From the NCBI GenBank assembly GCA_046570105.1, contig JBKHVI010000032.1:1-31384 (forward strand): a stretch of 31,384 nucleotides of DNA, read 5' to 3'. Both the position numbers and the translations under genes were made by a program. Below are positions 17,364 to 25,843 of the stretch, piece by piece (position 1 is the first letter of the stretch; each line of letters starts with the position of its first letter). Source of the stretch: Bacteriovoracia bacterium (GTDB taxonomy: Bacteria; Bdellovibrionota; Bacteriovoracia; Bacteriovoracales; Bacteriovoracaceae). A model generated the notes under the pieces. It did not search any database and had not been told where the DNA came from. It saw only the letters and a list, made by a program, of their open reading frames with translations.

Positions 17364-19242
17364 TCTTCTCATAACCCTCACCCGTGAGTGCTAACGACCA
17401 ATCTTTATTAGCATGATAGCGAACCTCAAGGGAGCGCGTAAAGATTTGATCGACAAAGAACGGGGATTCAAAGTGATTTGACCACTTATAACCAACTTTA
17501 CCCAGCAAACTAAAACGTCGAGAGGGCACTAGTCGTGCCCAAATCTCAGGCCCCACCGCTACCCGAGCGTTATTCTTCAAGCGATCACTATAATCGGCCT
17601 CAAGCTTTGTCAGAAACGCCACAAAATGCTCTGTACCACGAGGCCCCACACTGGCACCGCCCCCTACATCAATATTGGCAGCAAGACATTGATCGCACGC
17701 ATTGTCCTGAATCGTGCGAGCACCAAACTTCGCAGTCCATGAGAGAGAGTTCTGCCAAGCTGTGACTGGCTGAAAACTTGAAACGCGGAAAAAGTCGAGA
17801 TTATCTAAGTAGAGCTTATGGCCTTCACCGTGGCCTGTTTGTTGAACGCGGGCGGTAAGTCCTGCGAAATGAATTTCAGAGAATGTCGGCTGACCAGGCA
17901 ATGGATCAAGTAAATCATGAAGCGCGAAACGCATGGAGAAAGTCTCAAACGTCCCTACACTATCGCGATAACCAAAACCAGCTCCAATACGCTGAGAGCG
18001 GTGGCCATTCTCAGGATGCTCTTCACTTGGTGGGGTCATCTCAAGCGGACTTGAGATATGATCTGTGATCGCTCTTTGAGTCAGAATATGGTGACGGCGA
18101 GCATTGGTTTCTTTGGGCTTATAAACCAAGTCTTGAGCGTAGAGAAAATCAAACGCATCGACAGCAGCATCCAACCTCTCAGCTTTTTTTACCACATCAG
18201 TCAGATCTGCTACTTGTTCAGCAGCACTCAGCGGATTTTCCACTAAATTTCGAATAGCGTTTAATTCTGCTTGAGAGCTTTTTTCAGTTCTCTTCTCTAA
18301 GCGAGATAGCACCGAAGGACGATAACGACTACCGAGAGTCAATCCTTTCTCTTCGGCAACAATACGGACAGTATCAATGGGAATAACATAAAGTGAGGGA
18401 AGCTTGTCTGTGAGTTTTAGCTTGGGATTACCCACCTCCATCAAACTTAAAACATGATAACTGCAGTTCTCAGTAAAGAACTTGTAATCAAAATGCGTAG
18501 GCCCCAATTCCCATAAATGCTCCACCATGCGATCAATCTGAGGTTGAGTGAAGCTCAGTTTGTATTCCCACAAATCGCGTGATTCAAAATCATTGTACTC
18601 GCGGACTTTGTAATAATATGGAATCGCGGTAAAGGTTCCTGGGAACAAACCCAACATAGACTTCGCAGCATAGACTAAAGCATTGTCCGTATCCATAACG
18701 GCAGCATAGTTAATGCCGTAATCCAAAAGCTCCGCTTGGTCTTGATCGTCTTGGCGATGGAGGGCCGAATTAAAACGCAAAAATGTGTGCCCGAATGCTG
18801 ATGCGGGAGAATTTATAAAATAAGAAGAGAAAATTAGACTGACCGATTTGGCGTTCACTTTCGTAACAAATTCACGATAGTCCGCACACTCTACTAAGGG
18901 ATCAAATTTGAGTTCTGTCACTTTCGTTTTAAGCCAATTATAGCGAGCAGGAAATAAGCAAAGAGCTGATTGCTTTTCGAGGGGTGCTTTCAGAGCCAGG
19001 AACTGCTTGAGTGTTTCCCGTAATTCACTCTCGGGATTCTTTTTTCCATCAACAGCTAAGTAACTGGCCACACCATCGGCCTGTCCCTCGGTGCCCCACA
19101 ATGTTTTCTTATAATGAACGAGATTCAGCCATTGAGGATCCTGGGCCCACTTCTCAACCGAAGCATGGCCAGCAAGACAAGAGAACCAAAAAAAAGCGCC
19201 CAGGATAAACCCGGGCGCCAAGCGTTTTAACTTTGTCTTCAA
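17323..19242 (-). CDS. DUF4105 (Lnb-like N-terminal domain) protein with a predicted C-terminal outer-membrane beta-barrel
   Basis: Signal peptide, CLFPARY.WL, SAFGHTFLR, EYNDFESRDLWEY.L, YKFFTENCSY. Alternating strands end in LGFYRFF. Confidence 0.82.
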   Translation of the reverse strand: MKTKLKRLAPGFILGAFFWFSCLAGHASVEKWAQDPQWLNLVHYKKTLWGTEGQADGVASYLAVDGKKNPESELRETLKQFLALKAPLEKQSALCLFPARYNWLKTKVTELKFDPLVECADYREFVTKVNAKSVSLIFSSYFINSPASAFGHTFLRFNSALHRQDDQDQAELLDYGINYAAVMDTDNALVYAAKSMLGLFPGTFTAIPYYYKVREYNDFESRDLWEYKLSFTQPQIDRMVEHLWELGPTHFDYKFFTENCSYHVLSLMEVGNPKLKLTDKLPSLYVIPIDTVRIVAEEKGLTLGSRYRPSVLSRLEKRTEKSSQAELNAIRNLVENPLSAAEQVADLTDVVKKAERLDAAVDAFDFLYAQDLVYKPKETNARRHHILTQRAITDHISSPLEMTPPSEEHPENGHRSQRIGAGFGYRDSVGTFETFSMRFALHDLLDPLPGQPTFSEIHFAGLTARVQQTGHGEGHKLYLDNLDFFRVSSFQPVTAWQNSLSWTAKFGARTIQDNACDQCLAANIDVGGGASVGPRGTEHFVAFLTKLEADYSDRLKNNARVAVGPEIWARLVPSRRFSLLGKVGYKWSNHFESPFFVDQIFTRSLEVRYHANKDWSLALTGEGYEKNGETVHLGFYRFF

Positions 19243-19243
19243 A

Positions 19244-19705
19244 TTAGATTGAAGTACCGCAAGCCATAGCAGCTACGCCATTGATCTTAGTTGCAACTTC
19301 GTTAGTTGCTACGTCAGATGAAGTGTAGATCGTGCTGTAGTTTGTCTTCAAAGCTTTGCCGAATGCAGCTGAATCAGCGCAGCCGTAAACTTTTGAAAGG
19401 CCAGAGATAGTTTCGCCATTGCCTTTCGCAATGTCGTTAGCAAGCGCCATCTTGTTAGCTTCGATATAAGCTTCAACTTGAGCTGTTTTTCCTGCAGTTG
19501 GAGAATCACAGTTCAAAGTACCTGAAGAGATAGCGAAAGTTTGGTTACCAGAAGTACCGTTAGTTGTAGCGGCAAGAACTTGCTTCCACCATGTGTTGTC
19601 TTTTTCAAAAATCATTGAACCCAAGCCGCAGCCTGAAGAACCGTACTGAGCAGCAGAGGCAGACACAGAAACAAGAGCGATAGCAAGAACGAGAAGCTTT
19701 TTCAT
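19244..19705 (-). CDS. DUF3015-family secreted protein
   Basis: Signal MKKLLVLAIALVSVSASA, GCGLGSM, LAATTNGTSGNQTFAISSGTLNC, LANDIAKGNGETI. SD GGAG. Confidence 0.88.
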   Translation of the reverse strand: MKKLLVLAIALVSVSASAAQYGSSGCGLGSMIFEKDNTWWKQVLAATTNGTSGNQTFAISSGTLNCDSPTAGKTAQVEAYIEANKMALANDIAKGNGETISGLSKVYGCADSAAFGKALKTNYSTIYTSSDVATNEVATKINGVAAMACGTSI

Positions 19706-19849
19706 GAAGACTCCAAAGGTTAACGAAACACAGACTGTCTGAGTTTCAAACTGGTATGCAAACCATCGTGCAAGCATTGGGTGTTTAAAACAAGAGGAAA
19801 AATGAAGTGCGCGTCGCATACATGACACAAACGCTCGTGAAACAACGCA

Positions 19850-20380
19850 CTAATTTATGCCGAGACTCTTAAACGTGAGATAAGTGAGCCTTAATCGCTT
19901 TTCGGTACTCTCATCCATAGAGAGAAGCAATTGCTCTAATTCATCGGCCAGCCCCATATCACAAACAAATTTGTCGGCTTCTACTTCGGCCATTAATGGA
20001 TCTTTATCTACTGGATTCTCAAGTTCATAAAGCACTAAGGCCAATTCATGGGCAACAAACGCAACCGCTTCGACAGCACCGCGCTTAAACATTTTTTGAA
20101 ATTCTGGAAAAATCACTACGGTGTTATTCATTTGAAAACGAGCAGCACCTTCAGACTTAAAAACTTGTGACGGAATAAATAGCAAAGGTTGGCGCAGAAG
20201 GGTGGCAAGAAGAGCGCTCGGAAGTCTTTCAAAGCAGGCCTTGAATACACCATAGGTGTTGGCGTCTTCATTCATCCAAGCATGCTCTGGAAGTGAGAAA
20301 AAATATTGGCAGAAATCTTCGCGCTGAATGCGAGCAGATGTGGCACCTAGACGACGATATTTTTGAAATAGATTAAGCAT
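19850..20380 (-). CDS. Hypothetical protein with a degenerate zincin (M48/M78-like) motif
   Basis: VAHELAL (HExxH with the second His lost) followed by EVEADKF. SD GAGGTG. Confidence 0.6.
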   Translation of the reverse strand: MLNLFQKYRRLGATSARIQREDFCQYFFSLPEHAWMNEDANTYGVFKACFERLPSALLATLLRQPLLFIPSQVFKSEGAARFQMNNTVVIFPEFQKMFKRGAVEAVAFVAHELALVLYELENPVDKDPLMAEVEADKFVCDMGLADELEQLLLSMDESTEKRLRLTYLTFKSLGIN

Positions 20381-20400
20381 TTACACCTCAGCTACCTTCC

Positions 20401-20427
20401 TTTTCGGCGTGTGCAGAAAAAACTGAG
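20401..20427 (-). promoter_or_regulatory. Possible sigma28 (FliA) promoter for the 176-aa gene
   Basis: Minus strand CTCAG-N14-GCCGAAAA, about 20 nt upstream of ATG 20380. Confidence 0.5.
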
Positions 20428-20445
20428 GGTGTTATAATAAATTCT

Positions 20446-21201
20446 ATGCGTTGCCTGATAATTCTACTTTTATTCCCCATCGCTCATGCCCAAGAAACGA
20501 GCTTTCTTTGGTACCCCAATAAAACGCGTTTTCCAGAGGGAGAATGTGTGCAAAAACACACTCCATCTAATGGAGATTCCTTTGTGGGCAAGGCCCGTCC
20601 CGAGGACTGCCGGCCTGAAAAAACTAGTTACCTTTGGCTCAAAGACAATTGCTATGAAGTTGACCAAGAGACTCAGGGACAGCTTTTTGGTGTCCGTGTT
20701 CGCGATATCCACAAATGTGCGCCCGCCGATGCCCTCTATGCCTTCAATCAAGAGAAGCGAGAGTGTTGGCTGGTTGATCCCTCGGGTGGCCAAAAATTTC
20801 GTGCCAAGCTTAATCCCCAAGAATGTCGCCCACCCGAAGATGAAATAAAAAAAGAATTCAAACTCAATCAAAATGGCCTGGGTGGTGAGTGTGTTGAAAT
20901 ACACAAAACTCAAGGTAGTGCTCGCTGGGAAAAACGCATCTTGGTTTATGAATGCAAACCAAAAAACGTAACTGCTCTTTGGCGCAAGACAGGTGAACTC
21001 AAAGGTGAATGTTGGTTAACGGGCGATACTGAGAGCTATAGTGAGAAAGTCGCCTTCTCATCCTGTCGACCAAAGAATGTCAGTTATCGTTTTGTGAGAA
21101 CATCGGAAAAAACCGGTGATTGTTTTGAAGTGGATAGTGAAACGCAAGGGGATCAGTACGCTTCAAAAGTAAAACCCGAGCTGTGTATCAATCAGAATTA
21201 A
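20446..21201 (+). CDS. Secreted protein of six tandem two-Cys repeats (36-43 aa each)
   Basis: Signal MRCLIILLLFPIAHA. Recurring pattern [aromatic]...(G)ECxx..G..[FYW]..K....C(R/K/A)P. Confidence 0.8.
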   Translation: MRCLIILLLFPIAHAQETSFLWYPNKTRFPEGECVQKHTPSNGDSFVGKARPEDCRPEKTSYLWLKDNCYEVDQETQGQLFGVRVRDIHKCAPADALYAFNQEKRECWLVDPSGGQKFRAKLNPQECRPPEDEIKKEFKLNQNGLGGECVEIHKTQGSARWEKRILVYECKPKNVTALWRKTGELKGECWLTGDTESYSEKVAFSSCRPKNVSYRFVRTSEKTGDCFEVDSETQGDQYASKVKPELCINQN

Positions 21202-23027
21202 TTTTTATCACTTAGGTAACGAACTAACTTTTCTCTGAGATCTTGTATATTGCGATAAGGATTGTAGTCTGCCGGAGCGTCCGGTCGAATTTTTGAATAA
21301 ATATCTACATCAAAAAGCACGGGCGTTCCATCCTGCTTAATAAATACCTGAAAATCACCTGGATCAATTTTAGCTGCTTTTAACTTTTTTTCCATATCCA
21401 GTAATGCATCCACGGTGTGCTGGCCTAAAGCATAGTCCTTGATCTGTTTTCCTGAATTAGGGAAAAACTTATATCCACCAATTGAACTTTTAAATACTCC
21501 ACCTTCCACATACTCAGATACAATAGCACGTTTTCCATTCGGAAGAACGGTGATTCCTTGATAAGGTGTTTTGATTCCGGCGGCTTCAACCATTTCATAC
21601 ATTGCCGCTTCATCAAGAAGAGCTTCTTCGCGATAATGAGACTTAATCATGACTCTTTTACCATTGCGATTGGCCAGCTGAAGATCTGCAATATTGCTTA
21701 CGAAATGGCGGCCATTGGCATTTTGGCCATTATCGGCCACCAGATTCAATTCAGTACCAGGAACCTGTTGGAGACTTTCAGGTTTTACAGGAACAACTTT
21801 TTCTGTGCGAGCAAGTGTTCCGAACTTCTTGGTGAAGCTAAACACTTTCGCCGTTGGAGCAACCGTCTTGAGAACACTCCCTGCACCAAAACCTGCCAAA
21901 GGGGCCATGACAAGTTCGAGGGCATAGTCTTGCTCAGCTGCAGAAAGCGCATCAAAATCTGTCACGAGTTGGCTATCAAGAGTTGCAGTGAATGTTCGCA
22001 TCTGCTCTTGCTCTCTGTTCTGATGAGCAAGGGCCACATTCGTTCCGGTCATGATAGCACCCGAAGCAAAACATAAAGAAAGACCAACTCCCGTCCAAGC
22101 ACTCGCCAGGCAGCCCACCCCAAGCGCTCCAGCTGCACCCACTTGCATCCATCGCTTGGATTTGTCGTCAGCGAGTTTTTCAGAGATCAAATGCTCGGCT
22201 ATCGTACAGTAGTTGGGATTTTCTAAAACTAAATCAGAGATTAATGGATAGAAGCCCGCTAGATCTTTGGCATCAAAATTTTTCTGCAAAAGATCCTGAT
22301 TATTTTCCAGCATTTTGTCGATCGCTTCAATCACAGCTTCTGAACTTGGGTTAGCAGAATCAACTAACGCCATAATCGGTGCTCTTTTCAGAGTTTCTGT
22401 ATAACGAGATTTGTATGTCTCTTGTAGGTGATCACGAAGACCTGAGTCGAGATGATTTCCAAATTTCTTAAGAGACTCTTCGAAAACTTGTTTGGCCTCT
22501 TGTTTCACTTCATTTGAAATTTTAACTTTTCCACCGAATGGATGTTGCGTTTTAGGAAATTGAAAAAGATCTGGCTGAGTTGCACCAAACTGATAGCGAA
22601 CAGCGGAGTTTTGCTGAAACCCCAGCACCAGAGATAGGTTCATCTCATGCCAATTCTTGCTGATGCCATCTAGGATTTGTTTTCGGACGGCCGCACACCC
22701 TGGGTAATTGGGTTCAACAAAACATCGCTTTTGCAGTTCTAATTTTTTTATATTCGCACGAGTTACAAATTTCACTCGCTGCTCGGCCTGCGACAAAAGC
22801 GAGAGGCGAAATTTTTGCCCGTCGGTATGCTTTGAAAAGTCTTCGATGAAATCATCCATCTCACCCAGCTTTGGGAGCGGCGAACGATACTCACACTGAA
22901 AATCAGTTTGAATTTGATTTCCGTTCGAATTCTGTAATTGATTACACTGAGGAAAATGTTGAAACTCACTTTTTTTTGCAAAAGCGAGAAGCGGAAATAA
23001 AAGCATCAATAGGGCAAAGATTCTCAT
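21198..23027 (-). CDS. Secreted 609-aa protein with a central hydrophobic hairpin and a C-terminal protein-kinase-like domain
   Basis: Signal MRIFALLMLLFPLLAFA, Gly/Ala-rich hydrophobic stretch VGAAGALGVGCLASAWTGVGLSLCFASGAI, then VMIK / DEAAMY / IVSEYVEG / IDPGDFQ / LFDVD. Confidence 0.72.
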   Translation of the reverse strand: MRIFALLMLLFPLLAFAKKSEFQHFPQCNQLQNSNGNQIQTDFQCEYRSPLPKLGEMDDFIEDFSKHTDGQKFRLSLLSQAEQRVKFVTRANIKKLELQKRCFVEPNYPGCAAVRKQILDGISKNWHEMNLSLVLGFQQNSAVRYQFGATQPDLFQFPKTQHPFGGKVKISNEVKQEAKQVFEESLKKFGNHLDSGLRDHLQETYKSRYTETLKRAPIMALVDSANPSSEAVIEAIDKMLENNQDLLQKNFDAKDLAGFYPLISDLVLENPNYCTIAEHLISEKLADDKSKRWMQVGAAGALGVGCLASAWTGVGLSLCFASGAIMTGTNVALAHQNREQEQMRTFTATLDSQLVTDFDALSAAEQDYALELVMAPLAGFGAGSVLKTVAPTAKVFSFTKKFGTLARTEKVVPVKPESLQQVPGTELNLVADNGQNANGRHFVSNIADLQLANRNGKRVMIKSHYREEALLDEAAMYEMVEAAGIKTPYQGITVLPNGKRAIVSEYVEGGVFKSSIGGYKFFPNSGKQIKDYALGQHTVDALLDMEKKLKAAKIDPGDFQVFIKQDGTPVLFDVDIYSKIRPDAPADYNPYRNIQDLREKLVRYLSDKN

Positions 23028-23045
23028 CGAATTCCTGTGCGGAAC

Positions 23046-23072
23046 TCATCGGAATTTAAGGGAAAAACTTTA
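23046..23072 (-). promoter_or_regulatory. Sigma28 (FliA)-type promoter for the 609-aa gene
   Basis: Minus strand TAAA-N15-TCCGATGA versus the consensus TAAA-N15-GCCGATAA. Ends 18 nt before ATG 23027. Confidence 0.68.
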
Positions 23073-23079
23073 ATTATGA

Positions 23080-23358
23080 CTACTGAGGAAAGACCTCATC
23101 GCCATCAAGATTCATATTAATGGCCGTGGCGTACTGTTCGCCGATAGTGGCCAAGAGATCTTGTGGGATTTTGACGGCTTTATATTTTTTGCCGTTAGTG
23201 GTTCTGATCCAAAAGCCGTTGATCAAACGATCAGGGCTCGCAATGCGAATAGGCTTCACTGAAATGATATGATCCAAGTTGATCAACATCTCGACTTCCG
23301 TCTCGCGTGAAGTGACTTGGTCTTTAGGATTCAAAATAGTAAATTTCGCAAATTTCAT
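23080..23358 (-). CDS. Small protein resembling the flagellar FlbD/SwrD family
   Basis: MLINLDHIISVK...IRTTNGKKYKAV resembles the FlbD pattern LNxDLIExI...ITLTNGKKYVV. SD GAGG. Confidence 0.55.
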   Translation of the reverse strand: MKFAKFTILNPKDQVTSRETEVEMLINLDHIISVKPIRIASPDRLINGFWIRTTNGKKYKAVKIPQDLLATIGEQYATAINMNLDGDEVFPQ

Positions 23359-23480
23359 ATAAGCCTCGCTGGCCTATATTCTATGAGACTTTGCCGTCCT
23401 ATAGACCGAATCAGGGAGAATTTACACGACTAGGATTTCGTCCCTTTCACACTCCTCAGAAATCAGCCACTTAGATCGCC

Positions 23481-25775
23481 TTAACCGGTCGTCAGCATCC
23501 CGCTAGAGATTCCCGTCACCGTCAGGCGCAGCAGATCGGCATCTTGTTTTTCAAGAGCGATCTTCTGCAAGACGTTCAATGGATGAATCATACTTGAACG
23601 GAAGACAATACTCTCTTTAAGCCAGCGCCTAAACCAAGTGAAGTCTCGCTCTCCGGTAACTGCGAAAAAGAATTCCTGCGCTAAAGTCATCTCTTCCACA
23701 AAGCGCGCGCGCCAATAGTTTTTTTCCTCAGCGCTCAAATTCGAGCGCTCCAATAGAAACAACCAGACACCAAATTCCATCTTCTCGAAAGTAAAACCTA
23801 AGTGCTTCACGAAAGAGGCCAAGAGAGCTGATGATTTGAAATCTTTAATGATCATCAAGCGATCTTCTGGAGTTGTTTTCTTCCACGCCTCTCCTACTCC
23901 CCACCACATGGGAAGGAGAAGTCGAGTTTGCGTCCAGCACAGAATCCAGGGAATCGCCCGCAGAGAGAACTCTCCACTCTTATTTCTTTTGCTGGGCCGT
24001 GAACCGAGTTTCAGATGATTCAGAAAGCTATAAGGAGTGGTGTGAGAAACGAGATGGTGAAAGGCCGGCTCTGAAGTTAATTTTCGATAGGCCTCTTGCA
24101 CATTTTCGGCCATAGCATGAACGGCCTTCGAGGGACGAGCTTCCCTAGGAGTAAAATGCTTAAACTCATCGACAATTTTTTTCACTTGCGAGCGCACGAT
24201 GAGAGGATGTGAGAAGTGCCGTTGGATCGACTCCCCTTGCACTGTCATTTTGAAAATACTCAAACTCGATTTAGGCCACCAAGCGATTTGCTCTTTGGTT
24301 GAGCCACCACCGCGACTGATGCTCCCGCCTGAACCGTGGAAGAACACGGGCTGCAGGCCTTGGCCTTTGAGATAAGAATCCAATTGATGAATCGCCGACT
24401 CCAGCATCAAGCGACCAGACAACACACCATTCTCTTTGCTGGAATCTGAATAGCCCAACATCACTTCAAATTTCCCATGCCACTTCTGTTGATGAGCGCG
24501 GATAAGGGATCCGCCCTTAAAAACATAAGTCAGAATTTCGATTGAGCGCTCAAGACCTTGAGCATTTTCAAACAAAGGAACAGTCGGAATTTGATTCTTA
24601 CCAAGATACTTAGTAACAAGATCAAGACCTGCTTTCAAATCTTCTGGTGCTTGGCACATACTCACGATTAAGCCGCGAGCATACCATTTAGGATCATGCC
24701 CCTTAGAAAGCTTCTTAATCCATGAAAGCATTTGGCAAATATTGTTCTTGGGCTTTTTTAAACTTTGATGAATGAGTTCGCTATCCTCTCGCAATTCGAG
24801 TGGCATCACGAGAGCTGGATAGAGCCACATAAGACTCTCGATATTGAGCACTTCTTTGCCCATCAATCCGGCACTTTTCAATTTCCTTTTAAAACTGAGA
24901 CAATTTTTTCTGAAACGAACAACTTTCGCCCCATCTCCTGGGGCAAGTTTTTTTAATGCGAGGAGATCTTTAACTAGTTTTTCAACTTCACGCAAATAGA
25001 GCGGATTCTCGGTCATCTCCATATCCTGGACGACCACTTCCATTTGAGTCAAAAGATAATCCACAAGTGCCACTCGCGAGAGCTGCAAACTTTCTTTCAT
25101 CTCTTTGGGACCAACTCCTGGATGACCGTCCTTATCGCCTCCACTCCAAGTGCGAAATCCAACCTCAACTCCATTTTGATGAAGCTTCACTTGCTCACCT
25201 AATACGTCTGGATTGAGTACTAAGTGATAAATTTGCATCGCCTCATCTTTCACTGTCGGACTTTTGTGTTTGGCGATCTCACCGGCCAAAGCGATTCGTA
25301 GATAATATGCGAGCTCCAAACGAACGGCATCAAAGCCTTCAGTCAAAGCACGCTCAAGAAGTTTATTCACTTTGCCCATGATCGAGAGAAAATTTTTGCT
25401 ACGAGCTTCCGTTGGGTGACTGGTGAAAACAAAGATGAGTTTTTGATCGGTAGCCTCAATCGGACCAAGACGTTTTTTTAGTAAATGCGCGCGATAGGCC
25501 GCTTCACAGCTATTGATGAGTTCCAGCATCAAGGAAAAAGATTTCCCTAAAGCATAGAGCTCTTTTTTGTTTCTGCTTTTTAAATTCTGATAAGAGAGAT
25601 TGAGCTTTTCTCGAACAAACTCAAAATTTTGATGACGTGTTTCTTTGAACGAGAGGCGTGTTTCTTCGATCAGTTGGTAAATCGCCTCGCCTTCTTTTTC
25701 CCGCAAAGCTTCCCCAAAGCACTTCACCGCTTCATACACCAACGCTTTCAATTCTTCAGAAATTCCCACGCGCAC
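23481..25775 (-). CDS. ppc: Phosphoenolpyruvate carboxylase, short and divergent
   Basis: TSHPTE, GGDKDGHP, LELRE, VPLFE, VMLGYSDSSKE, FHGSGGSISRGG, GSRPSKR, LRAIPW, PLNVLQ. Start at GTG 25775 or 25769. Confidence 0.9.
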   Translation of the reverse strand: MRVGISEELKALVYEAVKCFGEALREKEGEAIYQLIEETRLSFKETRHQNFEFVREKLNLSYQNLKSRNKKELYALGKSFSLMLELINSCEAAYRAHLLKKRLGPIEATDQKLIFVFTSHPTEARSKNFLSIMGKVNKLLERALTEGFDAVRLELAYYLRIALAGEIAKHKSPTVKDEAMQIYHLVLNPDVLGEQVKLHQNGVEVGFRTWSGGDKDGHPGVGPKEMKESLQLSRVALVDYLLTQMEVVVQDMEMTENPLYLREVEKLVKDLLALKKLAPGDGAKVVRFRKNCLSFKRKLKSAGLMGKEVLNIESLMWLYPALVMPLELREDSELIHQSLKKPKNNICQMLSWIKKLSKGHDPKWYARGLIVSMCQAPEDLKAGLDLVTKYLGKNQIPTVPLFENAQGLERSIEILTYVFKGGSLIRAHQQKWHGKFEVMLGYSDSSKENGVLSGRLMLESAIHQLDSYLKGQGLQPVFFHGSGGSISRGGGSTKEQIAWWPKSSLSIFKMTVQGESIQRHFSHPLIVRSQVKKIVDEFKHFTPREARPSKAVHAMAENVQEAYRKLTSEPAFHHLVSHTTPYSFLNHLKLGSRPSKRNKSGEFSLRAIPWILCWTQTRLLLPMWWGVGEAWKKTTPEDRLMIIKDFKSSALLASFVKHLGFTFEKMEFGVWLFLLERSNLSAEEKNYWRARFVEEMTLAQEFFFAVTGERDFTWFRRWLKESIVFRSSMIHPLNVLQKIALEKQDADLLRLTVTGISSGMLTTG

Positions 25776-25843
25776 CTCAATAGTTGGTTTCTATTATTCA
25801 GTGTGGTGGACGCGTTAACAATATATGATTGGAGAGAATTTTT

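Noticed and set aside
19754..19774. Sigma54-like TTGCACGATGGTTTGCA upstream of DUF3015 (minus strand)
   Set aside because: It lacks the -24 GG, and the spacing to GC is one base off the strict GG-N10-GC rule.
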